Origin: Candidatus Polarisedimenticola svalbardensis
GTDB taxonomy: Bacteria; Acidobacteriota; Polarisedimenticolia; Polarisedimenticolales; Polarisedimenticolaceae
NCBI GenBank assembly: GCA_014764515.1
Contig: JACXWD010000014.1
Coordinates: 122-64,121 of the forward strand
Length of the DNA stretch: 64,000 nucleotides
Reading direction: 5' to 3'
Part shown: piece after piece, positions 17,881 to 28,193 of the stretch
Layout: each line of letters begins with the position of its first letter
Position numbering within the stretch: the stretch's first letter is position 1
Translations under genes and position numbers: made by a program
Notes under the pieces: generated by a model
Seen by the model: only the letters and a program-made list of their open reading frames with translations
What the model was told of the DNA's origin: nothing
Databases searched by the model: none

Positions 17881-19392
17881 ATGAACGAGATCCTGGAAGC
17901 ACTCGGCGTCAAGGCCGAGAACGACGGCGCGTGTACCGGACAGTGGATCAAAACCACAGGACCGGAACTGGTCTCCTACAATCCGACGACCGGTGATCCG
18001 ATCGCCTCGGTGCGACAGGCGACCGTAGAAGAATATGAGCAGGTCGTGTCCGCTGCCGAGGAAGGTTTTCGAACCTGGCGGATGATGCCGGCCCCACTCA
18101 GGGGGCAGGTCATCCGTGACCTGGGTGAGGAGCTTCGCAAATACAAAGACCCCCTGGGTCGCCTGGTCGCCATGGAAATGGGCAAGATCCTATCCGAGGG
18201 ACTGGGCGAGGTGCAGGAGATGATCGACATCTGCGACTTCGCCGTAGGCCAGTCGCGGCAGTTGTACGGCTACACCATGCACTCGGAGCGTCCCGGCCAC
18301 CGCATGTACGAGCAGTACCATCCCCTGGGCACCATCGGGATTATCACCGCATTCAATTTCCCGGTGGCGGTCTGGGCCTGGAACTCGGCTCTGGCCGGAA
18401 TCTGCGGTGACGCCATGATCTGGAAGCCGTCGTCCAAGACGCCGATCACGGCGGTTGCGGTGCAGAACATCGCCAACCGGGTCATGGAGGCCCACGGCCT
18501 GTCGGGGATCTTCAGCATGGTGATCGGTCGCGGGTCGAGCGTCGGTGAAAAGATGCTGGAGGACCGGCGGTTGCCTTTGATTTCCGCCACCGGTTCCTGC
18601 CGCATGGGTCGCCGGATCGCGCAGGTTGTGGGCGACCGGCTGGGCAGGACCCTTCTGGAACTGGGCGGCAACAATGCGGTGATCGTCATGGACGATGCCG
18701 ATCAGGAGATGGCATTGCACGCAGTGCTGTTTGGCGCTGTAGGTACGGCCGGCCAGCGCTGTACATCCACTCGGCGGCTGATCCTGCAGAAGGGGATTGC
18801 CGCCGGATTCATTGAACGGCTCAAGAACGCCTACGGCCAGATCCGGATCGGCGATCCGCTGGATGAGAACACGCTGATGGGTCCGCTGGTGGACGAATCC
18901 GCCGTGAAAGAGATGGAAGAGGCGCTGGAACGGGTCCGGAAGGAGGGTGGCGAGATCCTGTGCGGCGGTGGCCGTGTAGACCGCCCCGGCTTCTTTGTGG
19001 AGCCCACCCTGGTGAAGGCGCCGATCGGCCTGCCGGTAGCTCAGGACGAAACCTTCGCGCCGATCCTCTACATCTTCGAGGTGGACGATCTGGAGCAGGC
19101 GATCGAGCTGCACAACGATGTGCCCCAGGGGCTGTCGTCCTCGATCTTCACCACCAACCTGATCCAGGCCGAGACGTTCCTGTCCCACCGGGGAAGCGAC
19201 TGCGGCATCGCCAACGTCAATATCGGCACATCAGGCGCCGAGATCGGCGGCGCTTTCGGTGGCGAGAAGGAAACCGGCGGCGGCCGGGAGTCCGGATCGG
19301 ACGCCTGGAAGATCTACATGCGTCGCCAGACCAACACGATGAACTGGAGCACCGAGCTTCCCCTGGCCCAGGGAGTCAAGTTCGACATCTAA
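17881..19392 (+). CDS. Aldehyde dehydrogenase, ALDH7-like (piperideine-6-carboxylate / aminoadipate-semialdehyde dehydrogenase type)
   Basis: 503 aa. N-terminus LEALGVKAENDGACTGQW typical of the ALDH7 family. ELGGNNA and the catalytic Cys in AGQRCTSTRR. Confidence 0.8.
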   Translation: MNEILEALGVKAENDGACTGQWIKTTGPELVSYNPTTGDPIASVRQATVEEYEQVVSAAEEGFRTWRMMPAPLRGQVIRDLGEELRKYKDPLGRLVAMEMGKILSEGLGEVQEMIDICDFAVGQSRQLYGYTMHSERPGHRMYEQYHPLGTIGIITAFNFPVAVWAWNSALAGICGDAMIWKPSSKTPITAVAVQNIANRVMEAHGLSGIFSMVIGRGSSVGEKMLEDRRLPLISATGSCRMGRRIAQVVGDRLGRTLLELGGNNAVIVMDDADQEMALHAVLFGAVGTAGQRCTSTRRLILQKGIAAGFIERLKNAYGQIRIGDPLDENTLMGPLVDESAVKEMEEALERVRKEGGEILCGGGRVDRPGFFVEPTLVKAPIGLPVAQDETFAPILYIFEVDDLEQAIELHNDVPQGLSSSIFTTNLIQAETFLSHRGSDCGIANVNIGTSGAEIGGAFGGEKETGGGRESGSDAWKIYMRRQTNTMNWSTELPLAQGVKFDI

Positions 19393-19397
19393 GTTTC

Positions 19398-19426
19398 GTA
19401 GTTTCGGTTGCTGTCCCCGAAACTAC
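19398..19426. terminator. Bidirectional stem-loop between convergent genes
   Basis: GTAGTTTCGG (19398-19407) / CCGAAACTAC (19417-19426), a perfect 10-bp stem with a 9-nt loop, between the ALDH stop (19392) and the czcD stop (19434). Confidence 0.55.
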
Positions 19427-19433
19427 CCCGAAA

Positions 19434-20348
19434 TTATTCTCCGGGGGCTTCGACGATGTTGAAGTCCGGCGGCTCCACCTGAAGGGTGGAATGGCGGATG
19501 CCGAACCGGTCCTCGAGGACGGTTGTGGCGGTCCGGAGCAGCTTCCCCGGCCGCACCGAGTGATCACTGACAAGGTGGGCGGTGAGGATAGCCGAGCCTT
19601 CCGAGAGGGACCACAGGTGCAGGTCGTGGACGCCTGCCACCCCGTCCAGCGATTCCAGGCAGGCCCGGACTTCCCCGGTGGGGATATGGGCCGGGGCGCC
19701 TTCCATCAGTACGTGCACCGAGGCCAGGATCAGTCGCACCGATGAGAACACGATGATGCCGGCAATCAGGACGCTGGCCAGGGGATCGGCCCAGGTCCAG
19801 CCGAAAAATCCGATCAGAACCGCAGCGATGATGGCGCCTACCGATCCGAGCAGGTCCCCCAGCACGTGAAGGTAGGCCGCACGGATGTTCAGGTTCTCGT
19901 TCTGGCCTGCATGAAGGATCCAGGCACCGATGATGTTGACCACCAGGCCGCCGAAAGCCACCGTTCCCATGAGGCCGAACCGGATTTCAGGCGGCGACTG
20001 GAATCGCCCGTAGGCCTCCCACGCGATGTAGCCCGAGATCAACACCAGGGCGATCCCGTTGGCCAGGGCAGCCAGGATCTCCGCGCGCTGGAAACCGTAA
20101 GTCCGTGTCGGGTCAGGCGGCCTGCGCGCCGACCACGCGGCGAAAAGGGCGATGCCCAGAGCAAGGTTGTCGGTTAGCATATGCCCGGCGTCGGCCAGGA
20201 GCGCCAGGCTTCCCGAGATGTAGCCGCCGACCACTTCGGCGACGGTGTACAACAGGGTCAGGACCAATACGGCAGCAAGACGCCTGGTCCCCGCCGACCC
20301 ATGCTGGTGTCCGGAATGATCGTGATTGTGCAAAAGCGATCTCTCCAA
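19434..20348 (-). CDS. czcD: Cation diffusion facilitator family metal efflux transporter (Zn/Co/Cd type)
   Basis: His-rich N-terminus (HNHDHSGHQHGS), LLADAGHMLTDNLAL and HVLGDLLGSVG motifs, six TM segments and a C-terminal cytoplasmic domain. Confidence 0.9.
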   Translation of the reverse strand: MERSLLHNHDHSGHQHGSAGTRRLAAVLVLTLLYTVAEVVGGYISGSLALLADAGHMLTDNLALGIALFAAWSARRPPDPTRTYGFQRAEILAALANGIALVLISGYIAWEAYGRFQSPPEIRFGLMGTVAFGGLVVNIIGAWILHAGQNENLNIRAAYLHVLGDLLGSVGAIIAAVLIGFFGWTWADPLASVLIAGIIVFSSVRLILASVHVLMEGAPAHIPTGEVRACLESLDGVAGVHDLHLWSLSEGSAILTAHLVSDHSVRPGKLLRTATTVLEDRFGIRHSTLQVEPPDFNIVEAPGE

Positions 20349-20395
20349 TGGAACCGCAGGGGTTTCCGTGTAAGCTCCCCGATGGAGGTCCGTGG

Positions 20396-22033
20396 ATGGC
20401 CATATTACATGCGGAAGACCCCTGCCGGGGACGGAGAACAGCGGTTCCCCGGCTGGTTACCGATCAGGATCTGCTGTCTCCCTATCTTGAAGACGCGTCA
20501 GGTTCATCGCCGGGGACCGCGACCGGTCTGTTACGGGCCGAATCGGAGGAAGAGATTTCGTCATGGCTGCGGGCAACCTGTGATCAGGCGGTGCCTGTCC
20601 TTCCCCAGGCGGCCCGTTCATCCCTGACAGGCGGCGCCCACCCGTCCGGCGAGGTAGTGGTCAGCGTGGAGAGGCTCCGAGGGGTCCAGGTAAGAGGGGA
20701 CGGCACCGCAACCGTCGGCCCCGGGATGCGGCTGGTGGAACTGCAGCAGGAGCTGGAATCCCACGGGTTGTACTACCCGCCGGTGCCGACCTACCAGGAC
20801 GCGATGATCGGCGGGACGGTATCCACCAACGCAGGCGGGGCGGCAACCTTCAAGTACGGGGTCACCCGCCAGTGGATCCGGGGGATCCGTGTGGCCCTGT
20901 TCAACGGAGATGTGCTGGATCTGAAACGGGGGCAGGCCTCGGTGGCGCCTGGCGGGCATTTCCGGATCGCCCTTTCCGGGGGGGAGGTGCTGCAGGTGCC
21001 GGCGCCGACCTACCGGCTCCCGGACCTCAAGAAGATTTCAGCCGGATACCACGCTTCCGATCCACTGGACCTGCTGGACCTGTTCATCGGCTCCGAAGGA
21101 ACCCTGGGGGTGATCACCGAGGTGACCATCGATACGATCCCCCTCCCTGCGGCGGTTTTATCCGGACTGGCGTTCACCGGCGGCGACCGGCTGGCGGTTG
21201 ACCTGGCCGGCGAGTTGCGCCGGGCCGCTCTGGCTTGCCGGTCCGGGGATAGCCGTGAGCCGGATATCCGGGCCATCGAATGGGTCGATTCCCGCAGCCT
21301 GGCACTCCTCAAAATTCACGGTGATCTTCGTGACCTGAAATTGCGTCTTCCGGCTGAAGCCGGATCCGCCATCCTGTTCGAGATGGAACTGCCGCCCGGC
21401 CGGGAGCAGGATCCGATCCTGGATCTGCTGGAGCGGTTTCTCTCGGGAGAACCGGACCTGCCCGACCGGGCGGAAGTCAGGTTGTTCAGGCTTCTGGAGC
21501 GCTGCAACACCCTGGAGTCCCTGCTCCCTGCGCTGCCGGGGGACCGGGCCGTCCGGGAGCAGTTGCGGCGGTTCCGGGAATCGGTGCCGGTCAGGGTGAA
21601 CGAACTGCTGGCTGCCGGCAGGACGGCAGGAGCCGGCGCCCGCAAGGTCGGAGGGGATCTGATCGTCCCGTTTGAGCAGCTGCCGGTCTTCATCGAGGCG
21701 ATTGAACACGAACTGGGAGGCCGCGGTCTGCCATACGCGATCTGGGGCCACCTGTCCGACGGCAACCTCCACCCCAACGTCCTCCCTGCCGACGCCGGCC
21801 AGGTGCGGTTGGGGGAGGAGGCTCTCCTGGCCCTGGGGCAGGTCGCCGCCGACCTGGGCGGCTGCCCTCTCTCGGAGCACGGCGTTGGGCGTAGCGGCCT
21901 CAAGCAGGAATTGATGCGCCGGTTCCTGGGAGACGCTGCCGTTGGGGAAATGCGGGAGGTCAAAAAGGGCCTGGATCCGGCCTTGCGGTTTGCTCCCGGA
22001 ACCCTTTTCCCACGAAAAGACACCGATTTCTAG
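20396..22033 (+). CDS. FAD-linked oxidase (GlcD / D-lactate dehydrogenase-like)
   Basis: Start moved to ATG 20396 (GGAGG 7 nt upstream). The upstream part of the ORF-track ORF overlaps czcD and is Arg/Pro junk. FAD_binding_4-like PQAARSSLTGGA and STNAGGAATFKYG, and C-terminal SEHGVGR. Confidence 0.8.
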   Translation: MAILHAEDPCRGRRTAVPRLVTDQDLLSPYLEDASGSSPGTATGLLRAESEEEISSWLRATCDQAVPVLPQAARSSLTGGAHPSGEVVVSVERLRGVQVRGDGTATVGPGMRLVELQQELESHGLYYPPVPTYQDAMIGGTVSTNAGGAATFKYGVTRQWIRGIRVALFNGDVLDLKRGQASVAPGGHFRIALSGGEVLQVPAPTYRLPDLKKISAGYHASDPLDLLDLFIGSEGTLGVITEVTIDTIPLPAAVLSGLAFTGGDRLAVDLAGELRRAALACRSGDSREPDIRAIEWVDSRSLALLKIHGDLRDLKLRLPAEAGSAILFEMELPPGREQDPILDLLERFLSGEPDLPDRAEVRLFRLLERCNTLESLLPALPGDRAVREQLRRFRESVPVRVNELLAAGRTAGAGARKVGGDLIVPFEQLPVFIEAIEHELGGRGLPYAIWGHLSDGNLHPNVLPADAGQVRLGEEALLALGQVAADLGGCPLSEHGVGRSGLKQELMRRFLGDAAVGEMREVKKGLDPALRFAPGTLFPRKDTDF

Positions 22034-22121
22034 CTATCTCATCCGGGGTCCTGTCACCTAGAATAAGGGTCCGGTTCGATCGACCGGTAACTGCATCGCC
22101 GGCCTACCGCCGGCGGGGAAG

Positions 22122-23900
22122 GTGATTGTGTCTGCGGTTTTCGTCCTGTCATTACTCGGCGTACTGGTGGTTCTCCTGGCTGTGGAGAAGCTCCGGGCCG
22201 ACATGGTGGCGATGCTGGGGCTGGCTGCCCTGATCCTGTCGGGGATCCTGGCGCCGGATATGGCTCTGTCCGGGTTCTCCAATCCGGCCACCATCACCGT
22301 AGCGTGCATGTTCATCCTCAGCGCCGGCCTTCAGGCCAGCGGGCTGGTGCGGGTGTTCGGCGACCGCCTGCTGAAGGACGGCCCCTCCTCGGCGAACATG
22401 CTCATGCTGGTCATCGGGCTCCTGATCGTTCCGGTTTCCGCGTTCATCAACAACACGGCGGCGGTGGCGGTGTTCATGCCGATCGCCCTGAGGGTCTGCC
22501 ACGGCAACGGCATCAGCCCCAGCCGGATCCTGATGCCGCTGTCGTTCTTCGCCATGCTGGGAGGCACCTGCACCCTGATAGGTAGTTCCACCAATATCCT
22601 GGTCAGTTCCGCGGCTCGGCAGGGGGGGCTCGAGCCGTTCGGGATGTTCGAGTTCACTCGCCTCGGGTTGCTCATGCTGGCGGCCGGGGCGGTTTACCTG
22701 CTGCTTTTCGGCAGGAAGCTGCTCCCTGAAAGGATTCCGGCCGAGAGCCTGACGGAAGGCTACCACCTCAACCGTTACCTCAGCGAGGTACTGCTCCTTT
22801 CCGGTTCTCCCATCGCCGGCCTGACCCTGCCGGAAGCGAAACTCGGAGAGCGGTTCGATCTTGAAGTTCTCGGGCTGTACCGGGACAAAAGGATGTGGGG
22901 TTTCCCCGGGGCGGATCTGATCCTCAAAGAAGGGGATATCCTCATCGTGAAGGCGCCGGCCGCCGCCCTGGTGCAGTTGCGGGACGCCATGGGGGTCGCC
23001 ATCAAGCACGGCCGCCATCCTGACGACGCCGACCTGCGGTCGGTGGATTCGGCGCTGCTGGAGGTAGTGGTCGCACCTAACTCCGCCCTGGAAGGCAGGA
23101 CCCTGAAAGCGGTGGATTTCCGTCATCGCTACGGCGCCACCGCCCTGGCGATCCGTCGCCACGGCGAGGACATGCGGGACAAGATCGGCCGGGTGCGCCT
23201 CCGATTCGGCGATGAGCTGCTGATCATGGCCCGGCGCCTGTCCCTGTCCCGCCTCAGGGAACAGACCGACTTCGTGGTCCTTCAGGAGCTGGATGTCCCG
23301 GTACTGCGGCCCTGGCGCGCCATCACTTCGCTGACCATCGTGGCCGCCGTGGTGACGGTGGCCGCCATGGGGCTTTACACTATCGCCGAAACGGCGGTTG
23401 TCGGATCGGTTCTCATGGTGCTGAGCGGTTGCCTGCCGATCCGGAAAGTCTACACGTCGGTGGACTGGAAGACGATATTCCTTCTGGCCGGCCTGATCCC
23501 CATGGGCACAGCCCTCGAGGCCAGCGGCGCCGCTTCATCCGCCGTTCACGGTCTACTGGCGGTGACAGGAGACCTGGGTCCGAAGGTCGTTCTCGGCTCC
23601 TTCCTGGTGTTGACGGTGATCCTCACCGGCTTCATGTCCAACAACGCGACGGCGGTGCTTCTCGCCCCACTGGCGATCACGACGGCGCAAACCATGGGAG
23701 TGGACCCGCGGCCGTTCCTGGTTGCGCTGACCTTCGGCGCTTCGGCGGCGTTCTATACGCCGATCGGTTACCAGACCAACCTGCTGGTCTACGGCCCGGG
23801 CGGGTATCGCTTCATTGACTACGTCCGCCTCGGTCTCCCTCTGAACGTACTCCATTGTGGGCTTGCTACCTTCCTGATACCGTTGTTTTTCCCCTTCTGA
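22122..23900 (+). CDS. SLC13/DASS-type anion permease with two central TrkA-C (RCK_C) domains
   Basis: 592 aa. N- and C-terminal polytopic halves ([12 protein letters not shown] / [12 protein letters not shown] repeat signature) flank two RCK_C-like soluble repeats ([12 protein letters not shown]..., [19 protein letters not shown]...). Confidence 0.8.
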   Translation: MIVSAVFVLSLLGVLVVLLAVEKLRADMVAMLGLAALILSGILAPDMALSGFSNPATITVACMFILSAGLQASGLVRVFGDRLLKDGPSSANMLMLVIGLLIVPVSAFINNTAAVAVFMPIALRVCHGNGISPSRILMPLSFFAMLGGTCTLIGSSTNILVSSAARQGGLEPFGMFEFTRLGLLMLAAGAVYLLLFGRKLLPERIPAESLTEGYHLNRYLSEVLLLSGSPIAGLTLPEAKLGERFDLEVLGLYRDKRMWGFPGADLILKEGDILIVKAPAAALVQLRDAMGVAIKHGRHPDDADLRSVDSALLEVVVAPNSALEGRTLKAVDFRHRYGATALAIRRHGEDMRDKIGRVRLRFGDELLIMARRLSLSRLREQTDFVVLQELDVPVLRPWRAITSLTIVAAVVTVAAMGLYTIAETAVVGSVLMVLSGCLPIRKVYTSVDWKTIFLLAGLIPMGTALEASGAASSAVHGLLAVTGDLGPKVVLGSFLVLTVILTGFMSNNATAVLLAPLAITTAQTMGVDPRPFLVALTFGASAAFYTPIGYQTNLLVYGPGGYRFIDYVRLGLPLNVLHCGLATFLIPLFFPF

Positions 23901-23925
23901 GACACGTCCACCGATGGAGAAATCG

Positions 23926-25290
23926 ATGAGCAGCAACCGGGACCGACTTGCCTGTTTCAAGGCGTACGATGTGCGCGGCCGCATTCCGGATGAGTTGAAC
24001 GCCGAACTGGCCTACAAGATCGGGAGGGCTTACGCCCTGTTCCTGAACCCGAAGCAGGTCGTGGTCGGCCAGGATATCCGCCTCTCCAGCCCCGAGATTT
24101 CTGCGGCGGTGTGCGAAGGGCTACTGGATTCCGGCGTAGATGTAGTGCATATCGGTCAGGGCGGCACCGAGCATGTTTACTTTGCCACCTTCCATCTCGG
24201 TCTGGACGGGGGAGTCATGGTTACCGCCAGCCACAATCCCCAGGATTACAACGGGCTGAAGCTTGTCCGGGAGCAGGCCAGGCCGATCAGTTCGGACACC
24301 GGCCTCAACGATATCGAGCAGATGATCCTGGATGGTTTGCCGGCGCTAGAAGGGAGCCGAGGTTCCATGACTTCGGCGGACATCCACGAGGCGTATACGC
24401 AGCACATTTTGGAATATGTGGATCTCCCGAGTCTGAAGCCGCTGAAGGTGGTGGTCAACGCCGGGAACGGAGGCGCAGGCTCTACCATCGACCGCCTGGA
24501 ACCTCATCTGCCGTTCGAGTTCACGAAGGTTCATCATGATCCTGACGGAACTTTCCCCCACGGCATTCCGAACCCGCTCCTTCCGGACAACCGTCAGGCG
24601 ACTGCCGATGCCGTAGTCCGGGTCGGCGCCGACGCCGGCATCGCCTGGGACGGTGATTTCGACCGCTGCTTCCTGTTCGACGAGACCGGTGGGTTCATCG
24701 AGGGGTACTACATCGTCGGCCTGCTGGCCGAAACGGTGCTGGCCCGCAACCCGGGGGCCAAGATCGTCCACGATCCCAGGCTGACCTGGAACACCGTTGA
24801 AATGGTCCGTGCTGCGGGAGGGAAGGACGTCCAGTCCAAATCCGGTCACGCCTTCATCAAGGAAGTCATGCGCCGTGAGGACGCGGCCTACGGCGGTGAA
24901 ATGTCCGCCCATCATTTCTTCCGTGAGTTCTCGTATTGCGACAGCGGCATGATCCCCTGGCTGATGGTTCTGGAGATCATGTCCATGAAAGGGCTGCCCC
25001 TGAGCAAGCTGGTAGGCGAGAGGATGGAGCGGTTCCCCGCTAGTGGCGAGATCAACCGTCGTCTGGACAATCCTGACGGCGCGATCGCCAGGATCCGGGA
25101 GCGGTACGCAGCCTCGGCCCTGCTTGTGGATGAGACCGATGGAATCGGGTTCGATTTTCCCGACTGGAGGTTCAACCTCCGAAAATCAAATACCGAGCCG
25201 CTGATCCGCCTGAATGTCGAGTCCCGGGGCGATCTCGGCCTCATGGAGGCCAAGACCGCAGAGGTCCTGGCCATCCTCGAGGAAGCTTGA
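23926..25290 (+). CDS. Phosphomannomutase / phosphoglucomutase
   Basis: [11 protein letters not shown]-terminus, active-site TASHNP, metal loop AWDGDFDRC, and [11 protein letters not shown] 23926 has GGAG 6 nt upstream. The ORF-track start 23914 is the alternative. Confidence 0.92.
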   Translation: MSSNRDRLACFKAYDVRGRIPDELNAELAYKIGRAYALFLNPKQVVVGQDIRLSSPEISAAVCEGLLDSGVDVVHIGQGGTEHVYFATFHLGLDGGVMVTASHNPQDYNGLKLVREQARPISSDTGLNDIEQMILDGLPALEGSRGSMTSADIHEAYTQHILEYVDLPSLKPLKVVVNAGNGGAGSTIDRLEPHLPFEFTKVHHDPDGTFPHGIPNPLLPDNRQATADAVVRVGADAGIAWDGDFDRCFLFDETGGFIEGYYIVGLLAETVLARNPGAKIVHDPRLTWNTVEMVRAAGGKDVQSKSGHAFIKEVMRREDAAYGGEMSAHHFFREFSYCDSGMIPWLMVLEIMSMKGLPLSKLVGERMERFPASGEINRRLDNPDGAIARIRERYAASALLVDETDGIGFDFPDWRFNLRKSNTEPLIRLNVESRGDLGLMEAKTAEVLAILEEA

Positions 25291-25359
25291 CTTCGTGGTC
25301 CCGGCCTGTACTCTGACCCGGTAGCCTGAAGGAACACAGGCGGAAGGAGTGCGTCTCTC

Positions 25360-25674
25360 GTGGAACTGATCGACCGTTACCCGATTTTCATCGGCTTCAA
25401 GATGGATACCAGCCTGAAGCGTGAGCTGGCGGCGCTGGAAGGATCGGATCGCAAATACGTTTCGAAGGACGACACCTCTTTTCTCGTGATCTGCACCCTG
25501 GGCGGCGATCAGTTCGTCGGCAAGCTGGTTGAAGAGCGGATGACCACCGACCGGGTGGAGGATGTCCAGCGGAACGTGCTCAGCATCCTCCAGCGCATCT
25601 GCCCGGAGACACGCTTCCCCCAGGTTTTCCAGATTTTACCGTGCGATGTGGAAGGGCCGTCCGAACCGGAATGA
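25360..25674 (+). CDS. Hypothetical protein (no motif recognised)
   Basis: 104-aa ORF with a GTG start and codon usage like its neighbours. It ends 5 nt from the 3' end of the convergent tRNA-Glu. Confidence 0.4.
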   Translation: MELIDRYPIFIGFKMDTSLKRELAALEGSDRKYVSKDDTSFLVICTLGGDQFVGKLVEERMTTDRVEDVQRNVLSILQRICPETRFPQVFQILPCDVEGPSEPE

Positions 25675-25679
25675 GGGTT

Positions 25680-25755
25680 GGTAGCGCTACGGGGAATCGA
25701 ACCCCGGTTTGATGGCTGAGAACCACCCGTCCTAACCACTAGACGATAGCGCCAC
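25680..25755 (-). tRNA. tRNA-Glu (anticodon CUC)
   Basis: Reverse complement GTGGCGCTATCGTCTAGTGGTTAGGACGGGTGGTTCTCAGCCATCAAACCGGGGTTCGATTCCCCGTAGCGCTACC folds as a cloverleaf: 7-bp acceptor, anticodon loop TTCTCAG, T-loop GGTTCGATTCC. CCA is not encoded. Confidence 0.9.
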
Positions 25756-25762
25756 GGCCAAG

Positions 25763-25791
25763 ATTCTTGATAAATCACGGCACTTTGTCAA
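25763..25791 (-). promoter_or_regulatory. Sigma-70-type promoter for tRNA-Glu
   Basis: On the minus strand: TTGACA (25791-25786), 17 nt, AAGAAT (25768-25763), 7 nt, then the mature tRNA 5' end at 25755. Confidence 0.55.
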
Positions 25792-25847
25792 GGGCGAGCT
25801 CCGCCCCTGCTTGACTTCCCGAGAATCGGAGGTTTAGGCTGCCGCAC

Positions 25848-28130
25848 GTGACCGATTTCAAGCACGAAAACGGCCTGGCCGGCCTGTTCTGCCTGTGGAT
25901 CGTCCTTGCCTGTTTCGGCATGGGGATCACGGGGGAATTCGTCTGGGACGATCACCAGATCGTGGAGCGCAATCCGGTGGTGCGCACACTGAACCCGGCC
26001 ACCCACCTGGGGTCCGAATTCTTTTCACGCTGGGATGTGGAATACGGATACTACCGCCCCCTGGTCACCCTCAGCCTGGCCCTGGATCACAGCCTGTCAG
26101 GCGGATCTCCCTGGCTGTTCCACCTGACGAATCTGCTGCTCCACGCCTTGAACGGGTTCCTGCTGTTCCGCCTGCTCCGCCGGTTCGCCGCCGCCGCCCC
26201 TGCCGCCATGGCGGCTGCACTGTTTCTGGTCCATCCGGTTCAGAGCGAGGCGGTGCTCTGGATCTCCGGCCGGACCGATCTTCTGGCGACCTGCCTGTTG
26301 CTGACCGCAGGCCTTCTGTACACCGGCCGGTTTGCGGGGAGACCGCTGCGCTACGGGTTATTCCTTTTTGCCATTGCCGGCGCACTGTTGGCCAAGGAGA
26401 TGGCGGTCACCTTCCCGGCCATTCTTCTGGGCGCAGGACTGGCGGCCGGCCTGGCCGCAGGGGAGGGGTTCCGCCAGGCCGGTACCGGGGCGCTCCGGCG
26501 GTTCCTGCGGCGCGGGGCGCCGGCATTGCTGCTGCTGGCTCCATACCTGGCAGCCCGGTATATGGTGCTGGACCGCATCCTGGGAGGCGCCGGAGAGAGC
26601 GCCGGTGTACTTCCCAACCCGATGGTGGCGGCAGACGCCGGGACCAGGATCCTGACGGCGGTCCACATAATCGGTCGCTATGTTCGACTGCTGTTCTATC
26701 CGGATATCCTGACCATCGAATACAACCGCGAACTGGTTCCGCCTGTGGAATCAGCCGCCTCCGCAGCCTTCCTGCTGCCGGCGGGGCTGATTGTGGTGCT
26801 CCTCATCACCGCCGTCTGGCTGATGCGGCGACAGCCTGCAGCCGCCTTCGGCGCGGTGGCAGCGTCCGGTTCCTACCTGCTCGTGTCCGGCCTGTTGTTC
26901 CCCACTCCGTCCCTGATGGCCGAGCGGGTGTTATACCTTCCGATGGTCGGCGTAACGGCTGTTGCCGGATCCGCTCTGGTCCTGCTGGCCGGACGGATCG
27001 TTCCGGGCCGCTTCAGGCCGGCCGCCACCGTCGTGCTTGCCTTGCTGGTGTTGATCCCCCTGGGGATCCGGAGCCTGGCCCGCGTGCCCGACTGGAAGAC
27101 CGATACGGCGCTGTTCGAGGCGACGGTGCGGGATCATCCCCGGAGTTTCCTGGCCTGGTACAACCTGTCGGCGGAACGGTTGGAGGAGGGTGACGCCGCC
27201 GGAGCCCTGGTGGCGGTGGATCGATGCCTGTCCTTTCGCCCGCACTACCTCCCGGCCCGTCTGACCCGGGCTGCCGTTTTAAGCCGTCAGGGCGAATCGG
27301 AGCAGGCGCTGGCCATCCTCCGGGAGGTGGAACAGGATCATCCTGGTCACAGGGCGGTCCGGTTTCGCCTGGTACCGGCACTGGCGGCCCGCGCCCTGGA
27401 ACTGCGCGCCGCAGGAGAGGCCGACGGGGCCGAAGAGTTGTATCGCGAAATCGTCGAGGCCGCCTCCGGCGCCCTCACCGGCGACGACGGACGGGATGCC
27501 CCGGGAATCAAGGCGCTGTACCTGATGCATCGTGCGGAGAGTCTCTGGAGGCTGGGGCGGATCGGTGAAGCTGATGACGGCTACAAGGCAGCGGTCGTGC
27601 AGGCGAGAGCCGAGGCCGCCGCCGATCGCTCCATCCGGGAGGCGGTATCCGGAGTCGTGGCGGTGGTGCTTGCAGGGGCAGGGGAGTTCCTGCTTCAGAA
27701 CGGCAGTCCGGCGGAAGCGGTGGAACGGTTCCAGGAGGCCGCCGCTCTCTCCCGGGAGGCGGGCAGGGAGGATGCCGCCGTCGCACTGCTCCAGAGGGCA
27801 GGTTCCGGCGTCCGGACCCTGGCCGAGTCGGCACTGACCTCCGTGCGCTTTCAGGATTCGATCCCGCTGTTCGACCTTGCGCTGACCCTTGAGCCGGATT
27901 CGCCCCGAACCCTGTACGGCCGTGCCAGAGCCCGCCTCGGAACCGGAGACCTGGACCTGGCGGAGGCAGACCTCCTGGCTCTGGTAGCCATGGACAGCGG
28001 TTTGAACCGCCGCCAGCTGGCGGCTGCCTGGGTCGACCTGGCGAGGATCTCACAGGCCCGCGGGGACCTTGAGGAGAGCCGCAACCGGCAGTCCAGGGCC
28101 GGGGAGATCGCAAACTCTTCCGCGCCTTGA
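25848..28130 (+). CDS. Polytopic membrane protein with C-terminal TPR repeats (TMTC/PMT_2-like putative glycosyltransferase)
   Basis: 760 aa. N-terminal FVWDDHQIV motif and about 9-11 TM helices, as in DUF1736/TMTC-like O-mannosyltransferases. The C-terminal half has Ala/Leu-rich TPR-like repeats. Confidence 0.7.
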   Translation: MTDFKHENGLAGLFCLWIVLACFGMGITGEFVWDDHQIVERNPVVRTLNPATHLGSEFFSRWDVEYGYYRPLVTLSLALDHSLSGGSPWLFHLTNLLLHALNGFLLFRLLRRFAAAAPAAMAAALFLVHPVQSEAVLWISGRTDLLATCLLLTAGLLYTGRFAGRPLRYGLFLFAIAGALLAKEMAVTFPAILLGAGLAAGLAAGEGFRQAGTGALRRFLRRGAPALLLLAPYLAARYMVLDRILGGAGESAGVLPNPMVAADAGTRILTAVHIIGRYVRLLFYPDILTIEYNRELVPPVESAASAAFLLPAGLIVVLLITAVWLMRRQPAAAFGAVAASGSYLLVSGLLFPTPSLMAERVLYLPMVGVTAVAGSALVLLAGRIVPGRFRPAATVVLALLVLIPLGIRSLARVPDWKTDTALFEATVRDHPRSFLAWYNLSAERLEEGDAAGALVAVDRCLSFRPHYLPARLTRAAVLSRQGESEQALAILREVEQDHPGHRAVRFRLVPALAARALELRAAGEADGAEELYREIVEAASGALTGDDGRDAPGIKALYLMHRAESLWRLGRIGEADDGYKAAVVQARAEAAADRSIREAVSGVVAVVLAGAGEFLLQNGSPAEAVERFQEAAALSREAGREDAAVALLQRAGSGVRTLAESALTSVRFQDSIPLFDLALTLEPDSPRTLYGRARARLGTGDLDLAEADLLALVAMDSGLNRRQLAAAWVDLARISQARGDLEESRNRQSRAGEIANSSAP

Positions 28131-28193
28131 CCTTCATCCTGCCAAACCTATATTGACTTTGTGTTGCATACATATTTGTAACTGTGCAGATAT

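Noticed and set aside
20105-20395. The upstream 97 codons of the FAD-oxidase ORF, and the upstream 107 codons (39196-39516) of the NUDIX ORF.
   Set aside because: Both overlap well-supported neighbouring genes (czcD on the opposite strand, hbd on the same strand). They are compositionally junk, and good internal starts with SD or an appropriate context exist at 20396 and 39517.
25895-27193. A 432-aa alternative-frame ORF inside the TPR membrane protein gene (same strand).
   Set aside because: It is an Arg/Pro/Gly-rich nonsense translation. The annotated frame gives coherent TM helices and TPR repeats.
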